Below, one piece after another: positions 53,992 through 64,000 of a stretch of 64,000 nt of DNA. The stretch lies in assembly GCA_964016885.1 (NCBI GenBank), contig OZ024742.1:165912001-165976000 (forward strand), read 5' to 3'. The translations under genes were made by a program, and so were the position numbers. Origin of the DNA: Eledone cirrhosa (taxonomy: Eukaryota). The first letter of the stretch is position 1. Every line of letters starts with the position of its first letter. The notes below the pieces were generated by a model. The model saw only the letters and a program-made list of their open reading frames with translations. It was not told the origin of the DNA and did not search any database.

Positions 53992-56339
53992 GTCCAAGGG
54001 GAGATAGTTTTTTTAAAAAAATCAGGCGGAGATAATTTGTAAAAAAAAAATCAGGGGGAGATAATTTGTAAAAAAAAATCAGGGGGAGATAATTTGTAAA
54101 AAAAAATCAAGGGGAGATAATTTGTAAAAAAAATCAGGGGGAGATAATTAGTAAAAAAATCAAGGGGAGATAATTTCCAGCCGTCCAAGGGGAGGTAATA
54201 TCTAGCCGTCCAAGGGGAGATAATTTCCAGCCGTCCAAGGGGAGATAATTTCCAGCCGTCCAAGGGTAGATAATATCCAGCCGTCCAAGTAGACATATTT
54301 TCCAGCCGTCCAAGGAGAGGTAATTTCTAGCCGTCCAAGGGGAGATAAATTCCAGCCTCCAAGGGGAGATAATTTCCAGCCAGCCAAGGGGAGATAATTT
54401 GTAAAAAAATCAGGGGGAGATAATTTGTAAAAAAAATCAGGGGGAGATAATTTGTAAAAAAAAATCAGGGGGAGATAATTTGTAAAAAAATTCAGGGGGA
54501 GATAATTTGTAAAAAGAAATCAGGGGGAGATAATTTGTAAAAAAAATCAGGGGGAGATAATTTGTAAAAAAAATTAAGGGGAGATAATTTACAGCCGTCC
54601 AAGGGGAGATAATTTCCAGCCGTCCAAGGGGAGGTAATATCTAGCCGTCCAAGGGGAGATAATTTCCAGCCGTCCAAGAGGAGATAATTTCCAGCCGTCC
54701 AAGGGAAGATAATTTCAAGCCCTCCAAGGGGCTATAATTTCCAGTGTCCAAGGGGAGATAATTTCCAGCCAGCGAAGGGGAGATATTTTTTTTTAAAAAT
54801 CAGGGGGAGATTTGTAAAAAAAATCAGGGGGAGATAATTTGTAAAAAAAATCAAGGGGAGATAATTTCCAGCCGTCGAAGGGAAGATAATTTCCAGCCCT
54901 CCAAGGGGCTATAATTTCCAGCGTCCAAGGGGAGATAATTTCCAGCCAGCGAAGGGGAGATAATTTTTTTAAAAAAATCATTGGGAGATTTGTAAAAAAA
55001 ATCAGGGAGAGATAATTTGTAAAAAAAATCAAGGGGAGATAATTTCCAGCCGTCCAAGGGGAGGTAATATCTAGCCGTCCAAGGGGAGATAATTTCCAGC
55101 CGTCCAAGGGGAGATAATTTCCAGCCGTCCAAGGGTAGATAATATCCAGCCGTCCAAGTAGACATTTTCCAGCCGTCCAAGGAGAGGTAATTTCTAGCCG
55201 TCCAAGGGGAGATAAATTCCAGCCTCCAAGGGGAGATAATTTCCAGCCAGCCAAGGGGAAATAATTTGTAAAAAAATCAGGGGGAGATAATTTGTAAAAA
55301 AAATCAGGGGGAGATAATTTCAAAAAAAAAATCAGGGGGAGATAATTTGTAAAAAAAAATCAGGGGGAGATAATTTGTAAAAAAAAATCAGGGGGAGATA
55401 ATTTGTAAAAAAAATCAAGGGGAGATAATTTCCAGCTGTCCAAGGGGAGATAATTTTCAGCCGTCCAAGGGGAGATAATTTCCAGCCGTCCAAGGGGAGA
55501 TAATTTCCATCCTTCCAAGGGGAGATAATTTCCAGCCGTCCAAGGGGAGATAATTTCCCGCCAACCAAGGGAAGATAATTTTTAAAAAAATCAGGCGGAG
55601 ATTGTAAAATAAATCAGGGGGAGATAATTTGTAAAAAAATCAGGGGGAGATAATTTGTAAAAAAAAAATCAGGGGGAGATAATTTGTAAAAAAAATCAGG
55701 GGGAGATAATTTGTAAAAAAAAATCAAGGGGAGATAATTTGTACAAAAAATCAGGGGTATATAATTTGTAAAAAAAAATCAGGGGGAGATAATTTGTAAA
55801 AAAAAATCAGGGGGAGATAATTTGTAAAAAAAATCAAGGGGAGATAATTTGCAGCCGTCCAAGGGGAGATAATTTTCAGCCGTCCAAGGAGAGGTAATTT
55901 CTAGCCGTCCAAGGTGAGATAATATCCAGCCGTCCAAGGGGAGATAATTTCCAGCAGTCCAAGGGGAGATAATTTTAAAAAAAAAACAGGCGAAGATAAT
56001 TTGTAAAAAAAAAATCAGGGGGAGATAATTTGTAAAAAAAAATCAGGGGGAGATAATTTGTAAAAAAAAATCAGGGGGAGGTAATTTGTAAAAAAAATCA
56101 AGGGGAGATAATTTCCAGCCGTCCAAGGGAAGATAATTTCCAGCCCTCCAAGGGGCTATAATTTCCAGCGTCCAAGGGGAGATAATTTCCAGCCAGCGAA
56201 GGGGAGATAATTTTTTTTTTTTTAAATCAGGGGGACATAATTTGTAAAAAAAATCAGGGGGAGATAATTTGTAAAAAAAATCAAGGGGAGATAATTTGTA
56301 AAAAAAAATCAGGGGGAGATAATTTGTAAAAAAAAATCA

Positions 56340-57631
56340 GGGGGAGATAATTTGTAAAAAAAATCAAGGGGAGATAATTTGTAAAAAAAAATCAAGGGGA
56401 GATAATTTCCAGCCGTCCAAGGGGAGATAATTTTCAGCCGTCCAAGGGGAGATAATTTCCCGCCAGCCAAGGAAAGATAATATTTAAAAAAATCAGGCGG
56501 AGATAATTTGTAAAAAAAATCAGGGGGAGATAATTTGTAAAAAAATCAGGGGGAGATAATTTGTAAAAAAAAATCAGGGGGAGATAATTTGTAAAAAAAA
56601 TCAGGGGGAGATAATTTGTAAAAAAAAATCAGGGGGAGATAATTTGTAAAAAAAAATCAGGGGGAGATAATTTGTAAAAAAAATCAATTGGAGATAATTT
56701 CCAGCCGTCCAAGGGGAGATAATTTTCAGCCGTCCAAGGAGAGGTAATTTCTAGACGTCCAAGGGGAGATAATTTCCAGCCGTCCAAGGGGAGATAATTT
56801 CCAGCCGTCCAAGGGTAGATAATATCCAGCCGTCCAAGGAGACATATTTTCCAGATTTCCAAGGAGAGGTAATTTCTAGCCGTCCAAGGGGAGATAAATT
56901 CCAGCCTCCAAGGGGAGATAATTTCCAGCCAGCCAAGGGGAGATAATTTGTAAAAAAATCAGGGGGAGATAATTTGTAAAAAAAATCAGGGGGAGATAAT
57001 TTGTAAAAAAAATCAGGGGGAGATAATTTGTAAAAAAAATCAGGGGGAGATAATTTTTAAAAAAATTCAAGGGGAGATAATTTCCAGCCGTCCAAGGGGA
57101 GATAATTTTCAGCCGTCCAAGGGGAGATAATTTCCCGCCAGCCAAGGGAAGATAATATTTAAAAAATGAGGCGGAGATAATTTGTAAAAAAAATCAGGGG
57201 GAGATAATTTGTAAAAAAATCAGGGGGAGATAATTTGTAAAAAAAAAATCAGGGAGAGATAATTTGTAAAAAAAATCAGGGGGAGATAATTTGTAAAAAA
57301 AAATCAGGGGTAGATAATTTGTAAAAAAAAATCAGGGGGAGATAATTTGTAAAAAAAATCAGGGGGAGATAATTTGTAAAAAAAATCAAGGGGAGATAAT
57401 TTCCAGCCGTCCAAGGGAAGATAATTTCAAGCCCTCCAAGGGGCTATAATTTCCAGTGTCCAAGGGGAGATAATTTCCAGCCAGCGAAGGGGAGATAATT
57501 TTTTTTTAAAAATCAGGGGGAGATTTGTAAAAAAAATCAGGGGGAGATAATTTGTAAAAAAAATCAAAGGGAGATAATTTCCAGCCGTCCAAAGAGAGAT
57601 AATTTCTAGCCGTCCAAGGGGAGATAATTTC
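56340..57631 (+). repeat. About 1.3-kb block, copy 1 (offset 3706)
   Basis: ORFs 56629/60335, 56751/60457 and 56876/60582 are identical. The private marker CCAGATTTCC lies at 56851 and 60557. Confidence 0.88.
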
Positions 57632-57719
57632 CAGCCGTCCAAGGGTAGATAATATCCAGCCGTCCAAGGAGACATATTTTCCAGCCGTCCAAGGAGAGGT
57701 AATTTCTAGCCGTCCAAGG

Positions 57720-60045
57720 GGAGATAATTTCCAGCCAGCGAAGGGGAGATAATTGTTTTAAAAAAATCATTGGGAGATTTGTAAAAAAAATCAGGGGGAG
57801 ATAATTCCAGCCGTCCAAGGGGAGGTAATTTCTAGCCGTCCAAGGGGAGATAAATTCCAGCCTCCAAGGGGAGATAATTTCCAGCCAGCCAAGGGGAGAT
57901 AATTTGTAAAAAAATCAGGGGGAGATAATTTGTAAAAAAAGTCAGGGGTAGATAATTTGTAAAAAAAATCAAGGGGAGATAATTTCCAGCCGTCCAAGGA
58001 GAGATAATTTTTAAAAAAAAATCAGGCGGAGATAATTTGTAAAAAAAAATCAGGGGGAGATAATTTGTAAAAAAAAATCAGGGGGAGATAATTTGTAAAA
58101 AAAATCAAGGGGAGATAATTTCCAGCCGTCCAAGGGGAGATAATTTCCAGCCGTCCAAGGGGAGATAAATTTTTTAAAAAAATCAGGCGGAGATAATTTG
58201 TAAAAAAAATCAGGGGGAGATAATTTGTAAAAAAAAATCAGGGGGAGATAATTTGTAAAAAAAAATCAGGGGGAGATAATTTCCAGCCGTCCAAGGTAAG
58301 ATAATTTCCAGCCCTCCAAGGGGCTATAATTTCCAGCATCCAAGGGGAGATAATTTCCAGCCGTCCAAGGGTAGATAATATCCAGCCGTCCAAGTAGACA
58401 TATTTTCCAGCCGTCCAAGGAGAGGTAATTTCTAGCCGTCCAAGGGGAGATAAATTCCAGCCTCCAAGGGGAGATAATTTCCAGCCAGCCAAGGGGAGAT
58501 AAATTGTAAAAAAATAAGGGGGAGATAATTTGTAAAAAAAATCAGGGGGAGATAATTTGTAAAAAAAATCAGGGGGAGATAATTTGTAAAAAAAAATCAG
58601 GGGGAGATAATTTCCAGCCGTCCAAGGGGAGATAATTTTCAGCCGTCCAAGGGTAGATAATATCCAGCCGTCCAAGTAGACATTTTCCAGCCGTCCAAGG
58701 AGAGGTAATTTCTAGCCGTCCAAGGGGAGATAAATTCCAGCCTCCAAGGGGAGATAATTTCCAGCCAGCCAAGGGGAGATAATTTGTAAAAAAATCAGGG
58801 GGAGATAATTTGTAAAAAAAATCAGGGGGAGATAATTTGTAAAAAAAAATCAGGGGGAGATAATTTGTAAAAAAAAATCAGGGGGAGATAATTTGTGAAA
58901 AAAATCAAGGGGAGATAATTTCCAGCCGTCCAAGGGGAGATAATTTTCAGCCTTCCAAGGGGAGATAATTTCCAGCCGTCCAAGGGGAGATAATTTCCAT
59001 CCTTCCAAGGGGAGATAATTTCCAGCCTTCCAAGGGGAGATAATTTTCAGCCGTCCAAGGGGAGATAATTTCCCGCCAGCCAAGGGAAGATAATATTTTA
59101 AAAAATCAGGCGGAGATAATTTGTAAAAAAAATCAGGGGGAGATAATTTGTAAAAAAATCAGGGGGAGATAATTTGTAAAAAAAAAATCAGGGGGAGATA
59201 ATTTGTAAAAAAAATCAGGGGGAGATAATTTGTAAAAAAAAATCAGGGGTAGATAATTTGTAAAAAAAAATCAGGGGGAGATAATTTGTAAAAAAAAAAT
59301 CAGGGGGAGATAATTTGTAAAAAAAATCAAGGGGAGATAATTTCCAGCCGTCCAAGGAGAGATAATTTTTAAAAAAAATCAGGCGGAGATAATTTGTAAA
59401 AAAAAATCAAGGGGAGATAATTTGTAAAAAAAAATCAGGGGGAGATAATTTGTAAAAAAAATCAAGGGGAGATAATTTCCAGCCGTCCAAGGGAAGATAA
59501 TTTCCAGCACTCCAAGGGGCTATAATTTCCAGTGTCCAAGGGGAGATAATTTCCAGCCAGCGAAGGGGAGATAATTTTTTTAAAAAAATCAGGGGGAGAT
59601 ATGTAAAAAAAATCAGAGGGAGATAATTTCTAAAAAAAATCAAAGGGAGATAATTTCCAGCCGTCCAAAGAGAGATAATTTCTAGCCGTCCAAGGGGAGA
59701 TAATTTCCAGCCAAGGGGAGATAATTTCCAGCCGTCCAAGGGGAGATAATTATTTAAAAAATCAGGTGGAGATAATTTGTAAAAAAAATCAGGGGGAGAT
59801 AATTTGTAAAAACAAAATCAAGGGCAGATAATTTCCAGCTGTCCAAGGGGAGATAATTTCCAGCCGTGCAAGGGGAGATAATTTCCAGCCGTCCAAGGGG
59901 AGATAATTTCCATCCTTCCAAGGGGAGATAATCTCCAGCCGTCCAAGGGGAGATAATTTCCCGCCAGCCAAGGGAAGATAATTTTTAAAAAAATCAGGCG
60001 GAGATTGTAAAAAAAATCAGGGGGAGATAATTTGTAAAAAAATCA
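57720..60045 (+). repeat. Third copy of the 34.1-36.7 kb / 51.15-53.7 kb sub-block
   Basis: ORF offsets 6395 then 6367 (51843/58238, 53040/59407, 53422/59789). Markers GGTAAG, CCAGCATCC and AATAAGGG are shared. Confidence 0.85.
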
Positions 60046-61337
60046 GGGGGAGATAATTTGTAAAAAAAATCAAGGGGAGATAATTTGTAAAAAAAAATCA
60101 AGGGGAGATAATTTCCAGCCGTCCAAGGGGAGATAATTTTCAGCCGTCCAAGGGGAGATAATTTCCCGCCAGCCAAGGAAAGATAATATTTAAAAAAATC
60201 AGGCGGAGATAATTTGTAAAAAAAATCAGGGGGAGATAATTTGTAAAAAAATCAGGGGGAGATAATTTGTAAAAAAAAATCAGGGGGAGATAATTTGTAA
60301 AAAAAATCAGGGGGAGATAATTTGTAAAAAAAAATCAGGGGGAGATAATTTGTAAAAAAAAATCAGGGGGAGATAATTTGTAAAAAAAATCAATTGGAGA
60401 TAATTTCCAGCCGTCCAAGGGGAGATAATTTTCAGCCGTCCAAGGAGAGGTAATTTCTAGACGTCCAAGGGGAGATAATTTCCAGCCGTCCAAGGGGAGA
60501 TAATTTCCAGCCGTCCAAGGGTAGATAATATCCAGCCGTCCAAGGAGACATATTTTCCAGATTTCCAAGGAGAGGTAATTTCTAGCCGTCCAAGGGGAGA
60601 TAAATTCCAGCCTCCAAGGGGAGATAATTTCCAGCCAGCCAAGGGGAGATAATTTGTAAAAAAATCAGGGGGAGATAATTTGTAAAAAAAATCAGGGGGA
60701 GATAATTTGTAAAAAAAATCAGGGGGAGATAATTTGTAAAAAAAATCAGGGGGAGATAATTTTTAAAAAAATTCAAGGGGAGATAATTTCCAGCCGTCCA
60801 AGGGGAGATAATTTTCAGCCGTCCAAGGGGAGATAATTTCCCGCCAGCCAAGGGAAGATAATATTTAAAAAATGAGGCGGAGATAATTTGTAAAAAAAAT
60901 CAGGGGGAGATAATTTGTAAAAAAATCAGGGGGAGATAATTTGTAAAAAAAAAATCAGGGAGAGATAATTTGTAAAAAAAATCAGGGGGAGATAATTTGT
61001 AAAAAAAAATCAGAGGTAGATAATTTGTAAAAAAAAATCAGGGGGAGATAATTTGTAAAAAAAATCAGGGGGAGATAATTTGTAAAAAAAATCAAGGGGA
61101 GATAATTTCCAGCCGTCCAAGGGAAGATAATTTCAAGCCCTCCAAGGGGCTATAATTTCCAGTGTCCAAGGGGAGATAATTTCCAGCCAGCGAAGGGGAG
61201 ATAATTTTTTTTTAAAAATCAGGGGGAGATTTGTAAAAAAAATCAGGGGGAGATAATTTGTAAAAAAAATCAAAGGGAGATAATTTCCAGCCGTCCAAAG
61301 AGAGATAATTTCTAGCCGTCCAAGGGGAGATAATTTC
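60046..61337 (+). repeat. About 1.3-kb block, copy 2
   Basis: Matches 56340-57631 until 61338 (G) versus 57632 (C). Confidence 0.88.
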
Positions 61338-64000
61338 GAGCCAAGGGGAGATAATTTCCAGCCGTCCAAGGGGAGATAATTTTTTAAAAAATCAGGTGGA
61401 GATAATTTGTAAAAAAAATCAGGGGGAGATAATTTGTAAAAACAAAATCAAGGGCAGATAATTTCCAGCTGTCCAAGGGGAGATAATTTCCAGCCGTGCA
61501 AGGGGAGATAATTTCCAGCCGTCCAAGGGGAGATAATTTCCATCCTTCCAAGGGGAGATAATTTCCAGCCGTCCAAGGGGAGATAATTTCCCGCCAGCCA
61601 AGGGAAGATAATTTTTTAAAAAATCAGGCGGAGATTGTAAAAAAAATCAGGGGGAGATAATTTGTAAAAAAATCAGGGGGAGATAATTTGTAAAAAAATC
61701 AAGGGGAGATAATTTCCAGCTGTCCAAGGGGAGGTAATATCTAGCCGTCCAAGGGGAGATAATTTCCAGCCGTCCAAGGGGAGATAATTTCCAGCCGTCC
61801 AAGGGTAGATAATATCCAGCCGTCCAAGGAGACATATTTTCCAGCCGTCCAAGGAGAGGTAATTTCTAGCCGTCCAAGTGGAGATAAATTCCAGCCTCCA
61901 AGGGGAGATAATTTCCAGCCAGCCAAGGGGAGATAATTTGTAAAAAAATCAGGGAGAGATAATTTGTAAAAAAAATCAGGGGGAGATAATTTGTAAAAAA
62001 AAATCAGGGGGAGATAATTTGTAAAAAAAATCAGGGGGAGATAATTTGTAAAAAAAATCAAGGGGAGATAATTACCAGCCGTCCAAGGAGAGATAATTTT
62101 AAAAAAAAATCAGGCGGAGATAATTTGTAAAAAAAAATCAGGGGGAGATAATTTGTAAAAAAAAATCAGGGGGAGATAATTTGTAAAAAAAATCAAGGGG
62201 AGATAATTTCCAGCCGTCCAAGGGGAGATAATTTTCAGCCGTCCAAGGGGAGATAATTTCCAGCCGTCCAAGGGGAGATAATTTAAAAAAAAAATCAGGC
62301 GGAGATAATTTGTAAAAAAAATCAAGGGGAGATAATTTGCAACCGTCCAAGGGGACATAATTTTCAGTCGTCCAAGGAGAGGTAATTTCTAGCCGTACAA
62401 GGGGAGATAATTTCCAGCCGTCCAAGGGGAGATAATTTTTTTTTAAAAATCAGGCGGAGATAATTTGTAAAAAAAAAATCAGGGGGAGATAATTTGTAAA
62501 AAAAAATCAGGGGGAGATAATTTGTAAAAAAAAATCAGGGGGAGATAATTTGTAAAAAAAATCAAGGGGAGATAATTTCCAGCCGTCTAAGGGAAGATAA
62601 TTTCCAGCCCTCCAAGGGGCTATAATTTCCAGCGTCCAAGGGGAGATAATTTCCAGCCAGCGAAGGGGAGATAATTGTTTTAAAAAAATCATTGGGAGAT
62701 TTGTAAAAAAAATCAGGGGGAGATAATTAATAAAAAAAATCAAGGGGAGATAATTTCCAGCCGTCCAAAGGGAGGTAATATCTAGCCGTCCAAGGGGAGA
62801 TAATTTCCAGCCGTCCAAGGGGTGATAATTTCCAGCCGTCCAAGGGTAGATAATATCCAGCCGTCCAAGGAGACATATTTTCCAGCCGTCCAAGGAGAGG
62901 TAATTTCTAGCCGTCCAAGGGGAGATAAATTCCAGCCTCCAAGGGGAGATAATTTCCAGCCAGCCAAGGGGAGATAATTTGTAAAAAAATCAGGGGGAGA
63001 TAATTTGTAAAAAAAATCAGGGGTAGATAATTTGTAAAAAAAAATCAGGGGGAGATAATTTGTAAAAAAAAATCAGGGGGAGATAATTTGTAAAAAAAAT
63101 CAAGGGGAGATAATTTCCAGCCGTCCAAGGAGAGATAATTTAAAAAAAAAATCAGGCGGAGATAATTTGTAAAAAAAAATCAGGGGTAGATAATTTGTAA
63201 AAAAAAATCAGGGGGAGATAATTTGTAAAAAAAATCAAGGGGAGATAATTTCCAGCCGTCCAAGGGGAGATAATTTCCAGCCGTCCAAGGGGAGATAATT
63301 TTTTTAAAAAAATCAGGCGGAGATAATTTGTAAAAAAAATCAGGGGGAGATAATTTGTAAAAAAAAATCAGGGGGAGATAATTTGTAAAAAAAAATCAGG
63401 GGGAGATAATTTCCAGCCGTCCAAGGTAAGATAATTTCCAGCCCTCCAAGGGGCTATAATTTCCAGCATCCAAGGGGAGATAATTTCCAGCCGTCCAAGG
63501 GTAGATAATATCCAGCCGTCCAAGTAGACATATTTTCCAGCCGTCCAAGGAGAGGTAATTTCTAGCCGTCCAAGGGGAGATAAATTCCAGCCTCCAAGGG
63601 GAGATAATTTCCAGCCAGCCAAGGGGAGATAATTTGTAAAAAAATCAGGGGGAGATAATTTGTAAAAAAAATCAGGGGGAGATAATTTGTAAAAAAAAAT
63701 CAGGGGGAGATAATTTGTAAAAAAAAATCAGGGGGAGATAATTTGTAAAAAAAAATCAGGGGGAGATAATTTCCAGCCGTCCAAGGGGAGATAATTTTCA
63801 GCCGTCCAAGGGTAGATAATATCCAGCCGTCCAAGTAGACATTTTCCAGCCGTCCAAGGAGAGGTAATTTCTAGCCGTCCAAGGGGAGATAAATTCCAGC
63901 CTCCAAGGGGAGATAATTTCCAGCCAGCCAAGGGGAGATAATTTGTAAAAAAATCAGGGGGAGATAATTTGTAAAAAAAATCAGGGGGAGATAATTTGTA

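Larger units (their letters stand above)
1..64000. repeat. Two-monomer tandem satellite array (A: 26-29 bp, B: 25 bp; shared core CARGGGGAGATAATTT), open at both window edges
   Basis: GGGGAGATAATTT or a close variant recurs every 21-29 bp through the whole window, always on the same strand. It is followed by either GT(A)nT or CCAGCCGTC. No non-repeat interval was seen. Confidence 0.99.
25997..64000 (+). repeat. Second satellite domain: same monomers, different subfamily variants, mosaic higher-order structure
   Basis: The 5624 period is lost. Diagnostic variants CAAGGGTAGATAATATCC, CAAGTAGACAT, GCCGCCCAA and CCGTCGAAG appear. ORF offsets show several different duplication distances. Confidence 0.9.

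Noticed and set aside
56340-61337. LTR-like element (1.3-kb direct repeats flanking an internal region)
   Set aside because: Both the repeats and the interior are pure satellite, with no TG..CA ends, primer-binding site, target-site duplication or coding region.
203-63931. About 160 minus-strand ORFs with repeated peptides (WTAGNYLPLDGWKLSPLGRLEIISP, FFYKLSPPD)
   Set aside because: The 25-bp B unit has no stop codon on the minus strand, so it cycles through all three frames. The ORFs overlap in different frames, mostly start at non-ATG codons and are broken by A-tract length changes. There is no frame preservation and no recognisable domain.
1-64000. CRISPR-like layout of a constant repeat with variable spacers
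   Set aside because: The spacers are only 9-13 bp and fall into two recurring classes rather than being unique. The core is not palindromic, and there is no leader or cas gene.
1-64000. Telomeric repeat or strong G-quadruplex array (G4-G5 tracts on one strand)
   Set aside because: Two interleaved monomers with inherited variants and multi-kb HORs do not fit telomerase-templated synthesis. Loops of about 21-24 nt are too long for canonical stable G4s. A subtelomeric location is not excluded.
1-64000. Plasmid iteron or origin cluster, rho-independent terminators, promoters
   Set aside because: There is no rep gene or unique flank, the scale is far beyond iteron arrays, and the T-tracts lack preceding GC-rich hairpins.
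1-64000. Whole window as a sequencing artefact or synthetic concatemer
   Set aside because: Nested duplications of different ages with shared, ordered variants and a shared deletion scar are what natural satellite evolution produces. Exact copy numbers still need read support.

Overview
The whole 64 kb window is one uninterrupted, single-orientation tandem satellite array of roughly 2,400 monomers. I see no genes, RNA genes, transposons or unique sequence. Two monomers share a 16-bp core, CA(A/G)GGGGAGATAATTT: type A = CAGGGGGAGATAATTTGT(A7-10)T (26-29 bp, about 30% GC) and type B = CAAGGGGAGATAATTTCCAGCCGTC (25 bp, about 52% GC). They alternate as A-runs and B-runs with fixed junction rules and a small reused vocabulary of variant cassettes. 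Two higher-order domains are present. The left domain (1-25996) is a near-perfect 5,624-bp higher-order repeat (HOR) interrupted once by a 3.3-kb related block. The right domain (25997-64000) is a different subfamily organised as a mosaic of nested duplications, with offsets of about 17.0, 9.0, 6.4, 4.1, 3.7 and 2.1 kb. All listed ORFs are translation artefacts of the repeat. The host organism and any function, such as centromere or heterochromatin, cannot be determined from the sequence alone. All alignments were done by eye with the help of ORF-track offsets.
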